Source of the DNA: Planctopirus limnophila DSM 3776
Lineage (GTDB): Bacteria; Planctomycetota; Planctomycetia; Planctomycetales; Planctomycetaceae
Assembly (NCBI RefSeq): GCF_000092105.1
Contig: NC_014148.1
Coordinates: forward strand, 1,590,001 to 1,622,000
Length of the DNA stretch: 32,000 nucleotides
Direction: 5' to 3'
The notes under the pieces were generated by a model, which was given only the letters and a program-made list of their open reading frames with translations, had not been told where the DNA came from and searched no databases. How positions within the stretch are numbered: position 1 is the first letter of the stretch; each line of letters opens with the position of its first letter. A program made the translations under genes and the position numbers. Of the stretch, positions 16,653 to 25,602 are shown in pieces.

Positions 16653-18371
16653 ATGGGTCAATTGGCGAAGCCTGAACACTTCGCCTGGTATCGGGAAGTG
16701 GCTGACATGTCCCTCTTGTTTTCAGTCCTCTTTGCCTACAAGTGCAAGAACACGCACCACAAACTGGCCCTTGATGCACTGAGGTATCTTGAAATACCAG
16801 ACGCGGAGAGATGGAGCGATCTGTTTTTGACGCGGATCGATCAGTATCTCGATGGATCGAAAGCTCCCGATGACAAGTTCAAAGACTTTCAAAACCACGT
16901 GCTGCATGTGCGGGATCGCGAGTGGGGCGGTGCGATCAAGACGGCACAAATCTGGTACGAGAAAGCGGTTACAGCCTTCCGTCAGAAGGATTGGTCACAA
17001 GGGGTCTATAGTGCGGGTGTCCTCAGTCATTATGTGACCGATCCGTTTCAGCCATTCCATACGGGGCAGTCGGAAGCTGAAACGATTGTTCACCGGGCCG
17101 CCGAGTGGACCATTGCCTGCTCTTACGATCAATTGCGGCTCTTGCTCGACCAGGAACTGGGTGGTGTACCAGCAAAGAGCTTGCCTCAAGGGGTTGAGTG
17201 GCTGCCTCAGATCATTCGTCAGGGTGCACAATTCGCGAATCAGTCGTATGAATTGGCCATTTCGCATTACTCGCTGGCGATTGGTTCCAAGAAACCGGTT
17301 GAAGGTTATGACGAAACCGGCAAGCGAGCGATCGCCCGCATCCTTGGAGAAACGATACGCGGGTACGCTCTGGTGCTGGGGGAATGCCTCAAGGAATCCG
17401 GGGTGACACCACCTTCGAGCCCGGTCACGATTTATGGCGTGCTGGCTGCCATGACAGTACCGATTTTTTCTGTGACTAAGAAAATGGCCAATTCCAGCGA
17501 ACGGGCCGCAGTTCTGGCGATTGCAAAGGAAGTTGAAAAAACTGGCCGCTGTGAGAAGACACTTTCGGCTGACGAGAAAGTGGTTCGCGAAGCCTACGCT
17601 ACTGAAGTCTGCAAAGTTCCTGTCGAGACATTTGGGCAGGAATCGGTGGCCTTAGCGGGATCGAAGCATGCAGAGGCACTAAAAGTCGAAGCAGAACAAA
17701 CCAAGTCACAGGCAAAGACGAAATCTCAGGAAGTTGCTGAAAAGCCAACGGCAAAACCTCTGCCACAACCTGTGATCCATGCGCAGCCACCTGTTTCGAC
17801 TCCACCATCACCTTCTTCGGTGAATCGTGTTCAACCTCAGCCTCAAGGTTTGCCAACAGCAGGAAAAGTTCAAGCAGTTTCAGAACCAGCGACCGGGCGA
17901 ATGGTTCAAGAGCATGAGTCGCAATTCTATTTGGCGATGAATATGCCGCTGGAAAAGGCGCCTTCGATTGGGCCAAAAACAGCCGAAAAATTCACCAGCG
18001 CCGGGATTCGGACGGTTGGCGAGTTTGTGAATGCCGAACCTCATGAACTCGCCAGAAAACTGAGCCAGAAATCGCTTGATTCTGTCACTCTTTACGAATG
18101 GCAGTGTCAGGCTCGGCTCTGTTGCGAGATTCCAAAGTTCCGGGGCTATATGGCTCAGATTCTGACGGCTATTGGAATTCAGACGAAAGATGAATTTGTC
18201 GAAGCCGAGATCGAAACGCTCTGGGATCTCGTGGATAACTTTCTGACAACCCCTGAAGCCGAGAGGCTCCTGCGAGGTTCGCATCCACCAGATCTTGAGG
18301 ATTTGCGCCAGTGGCAAACTCGTGCGAAGGCTCATAACAGTGAGAATTCGAGCCAGTCCCAGGCTGCCTGA
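16653..18371 (+). CDS. Fusion protein: zinc-dependent phospholipase C / S1-P1 nuclease-like N-terminal domain, P/Q-rich linker, and C-terminal tandem helix-hairpin-helix (DUF4332-like) modules. An alternative start is ATG 16707.
   Basis: The ligand-like blocks occur in PLC order: KNTHHKLALDAL, DDKFKDFQNHVLH, SHYVTDPFQPFH (nt 17025-17060) and VHRAAEW. The C-terminus has SIGPKTAEKFTSAGIRTVGEFV and IPKFRGYMAQILTAIGIQTKDEFV. No signal peptide is evident. Confidence 0.6.
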   Translation: MGQLAKPEHFAWYREVADMSLLFSVLFAYKCKNTHHKLALDALRYLEIPDAERWSDLFLTRIDQYLDGSKAPDDKFKDFQNHVLHVRDREWGGAIKTAQIWYEKAVTAFRQKDWSQGVYSAGVLSHYVTDPFQPFHTGQSEAETIVHRAAEWTIACSYDQLRLLLDQELGGVPAKSLPQGVEWLPQIIRQGAQFANQSYELAISHYSLAIGSKKPVEGYDETGKRAIARILGETIRGYALVLGECLKESGVTPPSSPVTIYGVLAAMTVPIFSVTKKMANSSERAAVLAIAKEVEKTGRCEKTLSADEKVVREAYATEVCKVPVETFGQESVALAGSKHAEALKVEAEQTKSQAKTKSQEVAEKPTAKPLPQPVIHAQPPVSTPPSPSSVNRVQPQPQGLPTAGKVQAVSEPATGRMVQEHESQFYLAMNMPLEKAPSIGPKTAEKFTSAGIRTVGEFVNAEPHELARKLSQKSLDSVTLYEWQCQARLCCEIPKFRGYMAQILTAIGIQTKDEFVEAEIETLWDLVDNFLTTPEAERLLRGSHPPDLEDLRQWQTRAKAHNSENSSQSQAA

Positions 18372-18387
18372 TCGTCAACTGTGATGA

Positions 18388-18428
18388 CACCAGCTGCGGG
18401 CTGGTGGGACTTGCAGCAGGCCTTTTTT
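18388..18428 (+). terminator. Possible terminator after the PLC-like gene
   Basis: The stem-loop is caccagc-tgcgg-gctggtg (18388-18406). A T6 tract lies at 18423-18428, but it is 16 nt from the stem, so the geometry is imperfect. Confidence 0.3.
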
Positions 18429-18811
18429 AGAGGAAAACAGGAATTGCAAGCCATCTGAGCAGAGTATCATGCCAGTTGAATTGGCGTGAAAAATTCTCGA
18501 TGGTCGCTGACGGCTGTAACCTCCTGTCGATGTTCTCCCACAAGAAGGGTAGAATTTCGACGCGGATATTGAGATTTATGTCAGCGAGTGAACCGAGGTT
18601 CTCCTGAGAAAACGAGACCCACGCTGTCAGGTTCTCAACTTCCCGCAAAATGTGAGCCTGGGAAACAAGCATGCCGTCGTGTGCAAAAAGTGGTTTTGCC
18701 GAATTGTGGAGTGGTCGATTTCTTGACTGGAATCTTCTTGCTCATTGTCGCGGTGCTGTTGCTGTTGATCGGCTTCCGAAGCTCACTCGGGACGTCTGGA
18801 ACTGGGCTTGG

Positions 18812-19399
18812 ATGCCAGTTGCCGAAGTTACTGCTGAAAACGTGCAGGTTACGGCGGATGCGGCTCTGGATTGGGCGGATGTCAACAGGGTTCAGCAGGG
18901 AGATTCAGCCGCCTATCGGGCTGTTGTCGAGCGGCATCAACGGTCTGTGACGCGATTAATGAGCCGCTTTACTCGCGATCCGGCCGTTGTTGAAGAACTC
19001 GTTCAGACAGTCTTTATCGAAGCGTGGCGGCAGATTCATAACTTTCGTGGCGAAGCTCCTCTCCTTCACTGGCTCACTGTGATTGGCACCCGGACTGGGT
19101 ACCGTTTCTGGAAGCAGCAGGCCAAACAGAGGCAACGCCATGCCCGCCTGGAGGCTTTACCAGAGCCCGTCGCCCGGGAAGACAATTCTGAGGCTGCCCA
19201 CGATGCCGCAACCAAAGTCCACATGGTGCTGTCCACTTTGCCACCACGAGATCGACTGGTGTTGACGCTTCTGCATCTGGAAGAGCGTTCGCTGAAGGAA
19301 ATCTCAGCGCTGACGGGATGGTCGCTGGCCATGGTCAAGGTGCAGGCATTCAGAGCGCGCAGAAAACTGGCCCAGGTCCTGGAGAGGGCTCAATCATGA
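18812..19399 (+). CDS. ECF-type RNA polymerase sigma-70 family factor
   Basis: Region 2 is AYRAVVERHQRSVTRLMSRF..ELVQTVFIEAWRQIHNFRGEAPLLHWLTVIGTRTGYRFW. Region 4 is LPPRDRLVLTLLHLEERSLKEISALTGWSLAMVKVQAFRARRKL. I prefer the ATG at 18812; the ORF is open from 18671. Confidence 0.88.
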   Translation: MPVAEVTAENVQVTADAALDWADVNRVQQGDSAAYRAVVERHQRSVTRLMSRFTRDPAVVEELVQTVFIEAWRQIHNFRGEAPLLHWLTVIGTRTGYRFWKQQAKQRQRHARLEALPEPVAREDNSEAAHDAATKVHMVLSTLPPRDRLVLTLLHLEERSLKEISALTGWSLAMVKVQAFRARRKLAQVLERAQS

Positions 19400-19767
19400 A
19401 ACCAGATCGTTCAAACTTCGGGAGTGAATCCCCGCTCGCAGAATTCGAAGGCCTGCTGCACTTGGCCAGGGCTGAAAAGATTCCTGAAGTCCAGGTGGTC
19501 GATGCCGTGATGGAGCAGATCCATCAGGAAGAGTTCGCCAGCCGTTACGCAACGAAAAATGCCACCTTCGCATTGAAGAGCCACACGGACGGCTTGTGGG
19601 GAAGGGTCGATGCGGGTCTGCGAAGTGGGATCTGGGCTGCAGCAGCCTCGGCTGCCTTGATGCTGTTCAGCATCTGGTGGGGCTACTCCTCGCTGCAATT
19701 TCTCTCCGATCCCACGGGCATGTGGATTCGTTCACCCAGCCTTGCCTGGCGTGCCATTGATATTTGA
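19396..19767 (+). CDS. Putative single-pass anti-sigma factor
   Basis: Its ATG (19396-19398) overlaps the sigma gene's TGA stop (19397-19399) in an ATGA junction. It has one predicted TM helix (GIWAAAASAALMLFSIWWGY). The call rests on position and topology only. Confidence 0.55.
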   Translation: MKPDRSNFGSESPLAEFEGLLHLARAEKIPEVQVVDAVMEQIHQEEFASRYATKNATFALKSHTDGLWGRVDAGLRSGIWAAAASAALMLFSIWWGYSSLQFLSDPTGMWIRSPSLAWRAIDI

Positions 19768-19882
19768 AGTTCTCATTCCCCAATGTCCTCGTTTCACTAT
19801 GAGCTAAGTCGTCCCGATCGGGCGAAACATTGGATTCTTCGTGCCTAGTGAACGTGACAAAATCCAGAGTGAATAAGACCCA

Positions 19883-20377
19883 ATGACGACTCCAGTATCC
19901 GCAGACCTTGCGATTTCAGCAGATGTCTCTGCTCGTTCAGACGATCGAGCGGAAATGCTGGTGATAAGTGGTAAACAGCCATCATCGCGCCAGCGATCTG
20001 GCTGGCGGTTTTTGTTGATGAGTGTGATCTGGCTGGGGATTTTTTTGGCTGGTGGGGTCACGGGCGCCATCATTCATGCCTACTGGCTGCGGGCAACGTT
20101 GCTGGAGATGAAGCAGAATCCAGATGATATGCCGAAGCGAATTGCAGAAATCATGGCGTATGACTACGGGCTCTCTCCGGCGAAGGAAGCCACTGTGCTG
20201 GAGATCATTTCTGAGCATCATCGTCGAGTACAGAATCTGCGTGGTGAGCATGCACCGACCATGGAAAGTTGGAACGCCGAACTGGAAGCGAAGATGTCAA
20301 AGATTCTGAAGCCATCGGACTTCGTGCAGTTTCAAAAGAAGTTCCGCGAAGTGAATCTGATCTGGGGTGGGCTCTAA
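19883..20377 (+). CDS. Membrane-anchored helical protein, possibly Spy/CpxP-like periplasmic stress or sensor protein
   Basis: It has one TM helix (WRFLLMSVIWLGIFLAGGVTGAII) followed by a charged helical region (LSPAKEATVLEIISEHHRRVQNLRGEH..). Same strand as, and directly downstream of, the sigma/anti-sigma pair. The functional guess is weak. Confidence 0.45.
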   Translation: MTTPVSADLAISADVSARSDDRAEMLVISGKQPSSRQRSGWRFLLMSVIWLGIFLAGGVTGAIIHAYWLRATLLEMKQNPDDMPKRIAEIMAYDYGLSPAKEATVLEIISEHHRRVQNLRGEHAPTMESWNAELEAKMSKILKPSDFVQFQKKFREVNLIWGGL

Positions 20378-20621
20378 GAGCTGGTTCGTGCATCCCCTTC
20401 CTGCATGATGATCGAAAGCTGTGCTGCCCATTGGTTGCAACAGTGATTTTGTTCGACGATGCAGGCCGATCAGAACGAAAACATGTCAGAAAATTTCGAC
20501 ATTTCATCATAGAGGGCAAATGGCAGTTTGCAGGTATAACATGGTATTCCCGATGGTTGAAAACTCGTGGAGAGTTGGCCCGTCGGGAGTGAAACTTTGA
20601 GACCTGTCCTCAGGGGGAACC

Positions 20622-21260
20622 ATGTTGACGCAATTTGACGCTGCCCAGCCTTCAAAATGGAACCGAGTGGTTTGGACGGTTGTGCCCGTAGCCGGATTCC
20701 TGCTCTCGGGTTGTGGTGAAAATGCTGCGCCTGTTGTGGCAACACCCCCGGATGCCACAGCGACAAGCGATTCCAGGTCAACCAGCGATCAGGCCGAGAT
20801 CATTGAGCCGTACGAAAAAGACCTGGGGCTGCTCAAAATCACAGTCCCCACAGGCTGGTTTGAAATCCCTCCGCGAAGCGATGTCCTCATGGCTGAGTTC
20901 CAGCTTCCCGGAACAGAAGGGGTCGGGCGATTGACCTGTTCCGGTGCCGGTGGCGATGTCGAAATGAATCTGGATCGCTGGCGAGGACAATTCCAGACGG
21001 CCGGTAGCGATGTACGCCCGAAGCGGACGGAAATTGAGATTGCCGGCAAGCAGGCGATTGTGCTCGATCTGGCGGGAACTTTTACCGACGGCTTTGCGAA
21101 AGAGAACGCTGTGATCCCCAATGCAGCGATGGTTGGCATCGTCTTACCGCTGGAGAACACAAACTTCTTTATTAAAGCCACCGGACCCCAGGCCACCATT
21201 CAACAGCATCGTGAAGCGATTCTGGAATTTGCGAAGTCGATCCGACTGAAGTCGAATTGA
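20622..21260 (+). CDS. Hypothetical lipoprotein
   Basis: The N-terminus has a lipobox, VPVAGFLLSGC, followed by a Thr/Ser/Pro-rich linker. No known domain is recognisable. Confidence 0.6.
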   Translation: MLTQFDAAQPSKWNRVVWTVVPVAGFLLSGCGENAAPVVATPPDATATSDSRSTSDQAEIIEPYEKDLGLLKITVPTGWFEIPPRSDVLMAEFQLPGTEGVGRLTCSGAGGDVEMNLDRWRGQFQTAGSDVRPKRTEIEIAGKQAIVLDLAGTFTDGFAKENAVIPNAAMVGIVLPLENTNFFIKATGPQATIQQHREAILEFAKSIRLKSN

Positions 21261-21300
21261 ATGATCGTCGATGCGTTTATTCATCGCTCAAAGACCAATT

Positions 21301-21338
21301 GAAAAAAGACCGGCTGGGCTGCATGCCAAGCCGGTCTT
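21301..21338 (-). terminator. Rho-independent terminator between convergent genes (best for deaD on the minus strand)
   Basis: The stem is aagaccggct..agccggtctt (21306-21338, 10 bp) with an inner ggc/gcc extension. The minus strand continues with tttttt (complement of 21302-21307). Confidence 0.7.
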
Positions 21339-21390
21339 CTTGATGGTGAGCAGGATCACATGATGGTCATCCATTGACAATCAAGATGAT

Positions 21391-23217
21391 CTACGATCGC
21401 TGCTGATTGGGTTTCAGATTTCGCTTGGAGTCAAAGCGTCCTTTGGATTTCCGAGCGGAAAATTCTTCGTTGGCAGGGTGCTCTGTGGCCCGGGAAATGT
21501 TGAGTTGCTGGCCCAGCACTTCGACGGCTTTGAGTGAATGGAACACATCGTCCGGCATACCGGCCAGCAGATCGACAGTGCTGTAGTTATCGTAAATCTC
21601 GATCCGCCCAATGCATGAACTGTCGAGACCAGTTTCGTTGGCAATGGCACCCACAATGTTCGCCGGCTTGACCTGATGGATCTGCCCGACCTGAATGCGG
21701 AAGGTTTCCATCGGGCGGAAGGAGCGACCTTCGGAACGGGGAGCACGTTCTTCGCGTCCCGCTTCTCGCCCTCGAGGTCGCATGCTGCGCTCGGCATCCT
21801 GAGCACGTGCCAACCGCGGATTGCCACGCCCGGGTGCTGGTTCACGATTTCGAGTTTCAATCGAGTTGAAATCCCGGATGTCGTCCTTCACCAGCAACGG
21901 TGCATCGCCAGCAGCCAGCACAGCCAGGGCAGCGGCAATCTGCTCAATCGGCGTGTCGGATTCTTTCTGCAGACTTTCAATGATACCAGAGAACGCTTCC
22001 AGATCTCGGTGATCGAGTGCTGTTTTGATTTTGGATTTGAAACGTTCAATGCGCCGTTCGTTGACCTGAGCAGCAGCAGGCACCTGCATCGGTTCAATGG
22101 GCTGGCGAGTCACTTGTTCGATGCGGCGGAGTTGGAAACGTTCGCGGGGATGCAGGAACAGAATGGTATCGCCCTGACGACCCGCACGACCTGTTCGGCC
22201 AATGCGGTGGACATAGCTTTCGCTATCCGAAGGGAGATCAAAGTTGATGACGTGCGTGATGCGCTGGACGTCGAGTCCGCGGGCAGCGACATCTGTGGCA
22301 ATGACAATATCCAGCCGACCTGACTTGAGATGTTCGACAATACGCTCGCGTTGAGCTTGAGGAACATCGCTCGAAAGGGCAGCTGTTCGATAGCCCTGGC
22401 TGGCGAGAAATTCAGCCAATGGAACTGTCGTGCTCTTGGTTTTGACGAAGATAATGACCGCGTCGATGGGTTCCGTTTCGAGAATGCGGGCGAGAACCGC
22501 TTCCTTCTGGAAAGGCGGCACGGTGATAAACCGCTGGCGAATCGTTTCGGCAGTCGCCGTACGACGCTTGATAGTGATTTCGGCAGGATTTTTCAGGTGT
22601 TTCTGCGCGATGCGACGGATCGAATCGGGCATGGTGGCACTGAAGAGTGCAATTTGACGCTGGGAAGGTGTCTGTTCGAGAATCCACTCGACATCTTCGG
22701 CGAACCCCATGCGCAGCATTTCGTCGGCTTCATCAAGTACCAGACCCTTGAGTGAATCGAGCTTGAGTGAGCCACGACGAATATGATCCATCACTCGGCC
22801 CGGGGTTCCCACAATCACATGGGCACCACGGTTCAACTGGCGGAACTGGAGTTGGTAATCCTGACCACCATAAATGGCGGCAACACGCAACCCTTTGAGG
22901 TTGGCAGCATATTTTTCAAAGGCTTCAGCCACCTGCATCGCCAACTCTCGAGTCGGTGCCAGGATGAGCACTTGCGTGGCCGATGACGAGAGATCAATGG
23001 CCTGTAGCATGGGGATGGCAAAAGCAGCGGTTTTACCAGTCCCGGTTTGAGCCATACCAAGGACATCTCGGCCCTCGATCAACAGGGGAATCGTCCGAGC
23101 CTGAATAGGAGTCGGATTCACATATCCGGAGGCAGTGACAGCCGAGAGAATCGGCGGGCTGATGTTCAAATCAGCAAAAGTCGTGGTGGTTTCGATGTCA
23201 GCGGGCAATTCAGTCAT
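21391..23217 (-). CDS. deaD: DEAD-box ATP-dependent RNA helicase DeaD/CsdA type, with a DbpA-like RNA-binding domain and an Arg-rich C-terminal region
   Basis: Motifs present are Q motif GYVNPTPIQ, motif I AQTGTGKT, motif II DEAD, motif III SAT and motif VI HRIGRTGRAG. The C-terminal block is FRIQVG..VKPANIVGAIANE. Confidence 0.95.
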   Translation of the reverse strand: MTELPADIETTTTFADLNISPPILSAVTASGYVNPTPIQARTIPLLIEGRDVLGMAQTGTGKTAAFAIPMLQAIDLSSSATQVLILAPTRELAMQVAEAFEKYAANLKGLRVAAIYGGQDYQLQFRQLNRGAHVIVGTPGRVMDHIRRGSLKLDSLKGLVLDEADEMLRMGFAEDVEWILEQTPSQRQIALFSATMPDSIRRIAQKHLKNPAEITIKRRTATAETIRQRFITVPPFQKEAVLARILETEPIDAVIIFVKTKSTTVPLAEFLASQGYRTAALSSDVPQAQRERIVEHLKSGRLDIVIATDVAARGLDVQRITHVINFDLPSDSESYVHRIGRTGRAGRQGDTILFLHPRERFQLRRIEQVTRQPIEPMQVPAAAQVNERRIERFKSKIKTALDHRDLEAFSGIIESLQKESDTPIEQIAAALAVLAAGDAPLLVKDDIRDFNSIETRNREPAPGRGNPRLARAQDAERSMRPRGREAGREERAPRSEGRSFRPMETFRIQVGQIHQVKPANIVGAIANETGLDSSCIGRIEIYDNYSTVDLLAGMPDDVFHSLKAVEVLGQQLNISRATEHPANEEFSARKSKGRFDSKRNLKPNQQRS

Positions 23218-24104
23218 GTGTCTCGATTTCGAAAGTTAAGTTCTGGCAAAAAGATTGGACAATTCACAAAAATTCAGGCCCCTGGCGATCCACAATTGCT
23301 ACCGCAAATGTGAGAACACATGACTACCCACTCGATGTTGCCCGCAGAAAATGCCAAAACCACACTACGATTCAGCGATGACAACGTAATGTGTTGCATC
23401 GATTGTGGGAGCATTCGTCTGGACCATCATTCGAACCGATACCATTGTCAGCCGCTGCAACATCTGAGACTCGAAAATGAAGAAAAACTTCACTCAGGAA
23501 TCAGATGATGACCAGCTAAAATGGCAGGGGACGATCGAACGCGGCAGGAACTGCTCAGGACTACACCTCGCCATCAGTTTTGGTGCTTTAAATACAAAAC
23601 ACGTCAAAATGATGTGCGAAACTGGAGGCCGCCTTCCAAATTTTTGGGAATCTCTCATCAAATGAGAGCAAATCACCAAACCCAAGACAGCCAAACCACG
23701 AGACATTGTTACCAATCAAGGTAACTCACCTCTAATGAGGTCAGACTGAGACTTGCCCAGCATGCATTCTTTCGACAGAGATCATAGCAGAGACATTTCG
23801 TTCAGGGAAGTCACAAAGATTCCGTTTTGCCAAGTTTCACACTCTTTGGATTGACATTTCTGTTTTCCAGTGCGTTTTCCGGTTTCAAAACGAGATTCAG
23901 GCGGTTCAACCCGACGGAAATCCATGACATCCCACGAATCTCCTTAAACATCAAGTGCTCAGGCATTCTTTTGGTATCAACAGAAATTGATGTGCTCCTC
24001 GTGAGTTTTGATTATTCTCAAGACTGCTTCAAATTTTGACTTGGAGCAAACGCCCCAGGTGGCAGTGTTGGTCGTGAGCGGAATCGATCCATCAGGAGTC
24101 ATTA

Positions 24105-25511
24105 ATGCTTACCGTAACGGACGATCGATATGCCCGGCCTGCTATCGGATTCACCCGCCGCGACTTCCTCCAGGTGGGATCTCTCGGGGCTGGAGGTTTT
24201 ACCCTCGCTGATCTGATCTCAATGGAAGCCATTTCCACCAACGATCGAGTTGCTTCTCGCGATGAGCGTCATCAAGGAAGTGATCGCCGATCCGTGATCA
24301 TGATTTGCAACCTCGGTGCTCCCAGTCAGTTGGATACCTTCGATCCAAAACCAGAGGCACCACGCGAAATTCGCGGCCCATTTTCCACAATTCAGACTGC
24401 TTCTCCCGAGATCTTTTTGACAGAGATTCTGCCTCAGCATGCGGCGATTGCAGAGAAGTTTTCGATCATCCGCAGTTGTTATCACAACGCACCTGCCTTG
24501 CACGATGTCGGTTGGCAATATCTCCAAACTGGACGATATTCAACAGGTAGTTGGCAGTCGCCACATGTCGGGAGTGTGGCAAGCTACCTGAAGGAAAAGC
24601 GGGCTGGTTTGCCACCATTTGTCGTACTTCCCGCAAGAAGGGATGCTGGTCGAGATCCTCGTGCTGATCAACAAACCGGTCGCTTTTTAGGCAAAGCTTA
24701 TGATCCATTGGTCTTGAATGATGACCCTTCACTTCCCCATTTCAGCGGAGCAGAGAGGAACGTTCCTCCTTCGCTCGGAACTGTGAAATTGGATCGTCGC
24801 CAGAAGTTGCGTTCAGTGGTGGAAAGTTCGCTTTCTCAGTTTGAAAAGAGTGAATCGGCCACTCAGTTGGGCAGTCATGGTGAAGCGGCTTTTCGATTGA
24901 TCAGCAGTCCGGAGGCTCGGGCCGCATTTGATCTGGCCAATGAGCCAGACGCGGTGCGAGACCAATATGGCCGAAGTCGATTCGGTCAGTCGTGCCTGCT
25001 TGCCCGTCGCTTGATTGAAGCGGGAGTACGCTTTGTCACGATCAATACGTTCTTGAATATCGAAACTGAAATCACCTGGGATGTTCACGGCACACACCCG
25101 TTTGCCTCAGTCGAGGAAATGAAAAGTCTGATTGCACCCATGTACGATCAAGGCTATGCCACTCTGATTCGAGATCTCGAAGAACGGGGCATGCTGAATG
25201 ACACTCTGGTTTGCAATCTGGCTGAGTTTGGCCGAACGCCTATGATCAACTCGGCTGGCGGGCGAGATCATTGGACGAAGTGCTGGAGCGTGGGCTTTGC
25301 CGGTGGTGGAGTGCAGGGCGGAAGGATTGTCGGAAAAAGCGATGCATTGGGCGGGTCTCCCATCGAACGGCCCGTCTCACCGCCAGAAATTCTCGCGACG
25401 ATTTACCATAGTCTGGGAATTGATATTGAGCATCCACTTCCAGGGCCAGATGGATCGTCGTTTCCTCTGGTCGATGGCCAAGCCCAACCTGTGATGGAAC
25501 TCTTCGCTTGA
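24105..25511 (+). CDS. DUF1501 domain protein (sulfatase/alkaline-phosphatase-like fold) with a Tat signal
   Basis: It has the twin-arginine motif FTRRDFLQVGSLGAGG and the conserved late block EFGRTP..GGRDHW typical of DUF1501. An AGGAG lies 6 nt upstream of the ATG. Confidence 0.85.
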   Translation: MLTVTDDRYARPAIGFTRRDFLQVGSLGAGGFTLADLISMEAISTNDRVASRDERHQGSDRRSVIMICNLGAPSQLDTFDPKPEAPREIRGPFSTIQTASPEIFLTEILPQHAAIAEKFSIIRSCYHNAPALHDVGWQYLQTGRYSTGSWQSPHVGSVASYLKEKRAGLPPFVVLPARRDAGRDPRADQQTGRFLGKAYDPLVLNDDPSLPHFSGAERNVPPSLGTVKLDRRQKLRSVVESSLSQFEKSESATQLGSHGEAAFRLISSPEARAAFDLANEPDAVRDQYGRSRFGQSCLLARRLIEAGVRFVTINTFLNIETEITWDVHGTHPFASVEEMKSLIAPMYDQGYATLIRDLEERGMLNDTLVCNLAEFGRTPMINSAGGRDHWTKCWSVGFAGGGVQGGRIVGKSDALGGSPIERPVSPPEILATIYHSLGIDIEHPLPGPDGSSFPLVDGQAQPVMELFA

Positions 25512-25573
25512 ATGGATGGTCGGGTCACAACAATGGCCCCCGCAGTTCGCAACAGAGTCTGCCAGGGAGTTTG

Positions 25574-25602
25574 AAAAAGATCGGCTCGTGATCATTCACG
25601 AG
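25574..25602 (-). terminator. Possible terminator of the WD40 gene; the hairpin overlaps its stop codon
   Basis: The hairpin is ctcgtga-tcat-tcacgag (25585-25602, 7 bp). On the minus strand it is followed by ccgatcttttt. Confidence 0.4.

Noticed and set aside
18427-18672. An 81-aa minus-strand ORF in the gap between the PLC-like gene and the ECF sigma gene.
   Set aside because: It has no recognisable domain, signal or partner, and its 3' end overlaps the putative terminator T-tract of the upstream gene. It cannot be excluded as a small protein, but the sequence gives no positive support.
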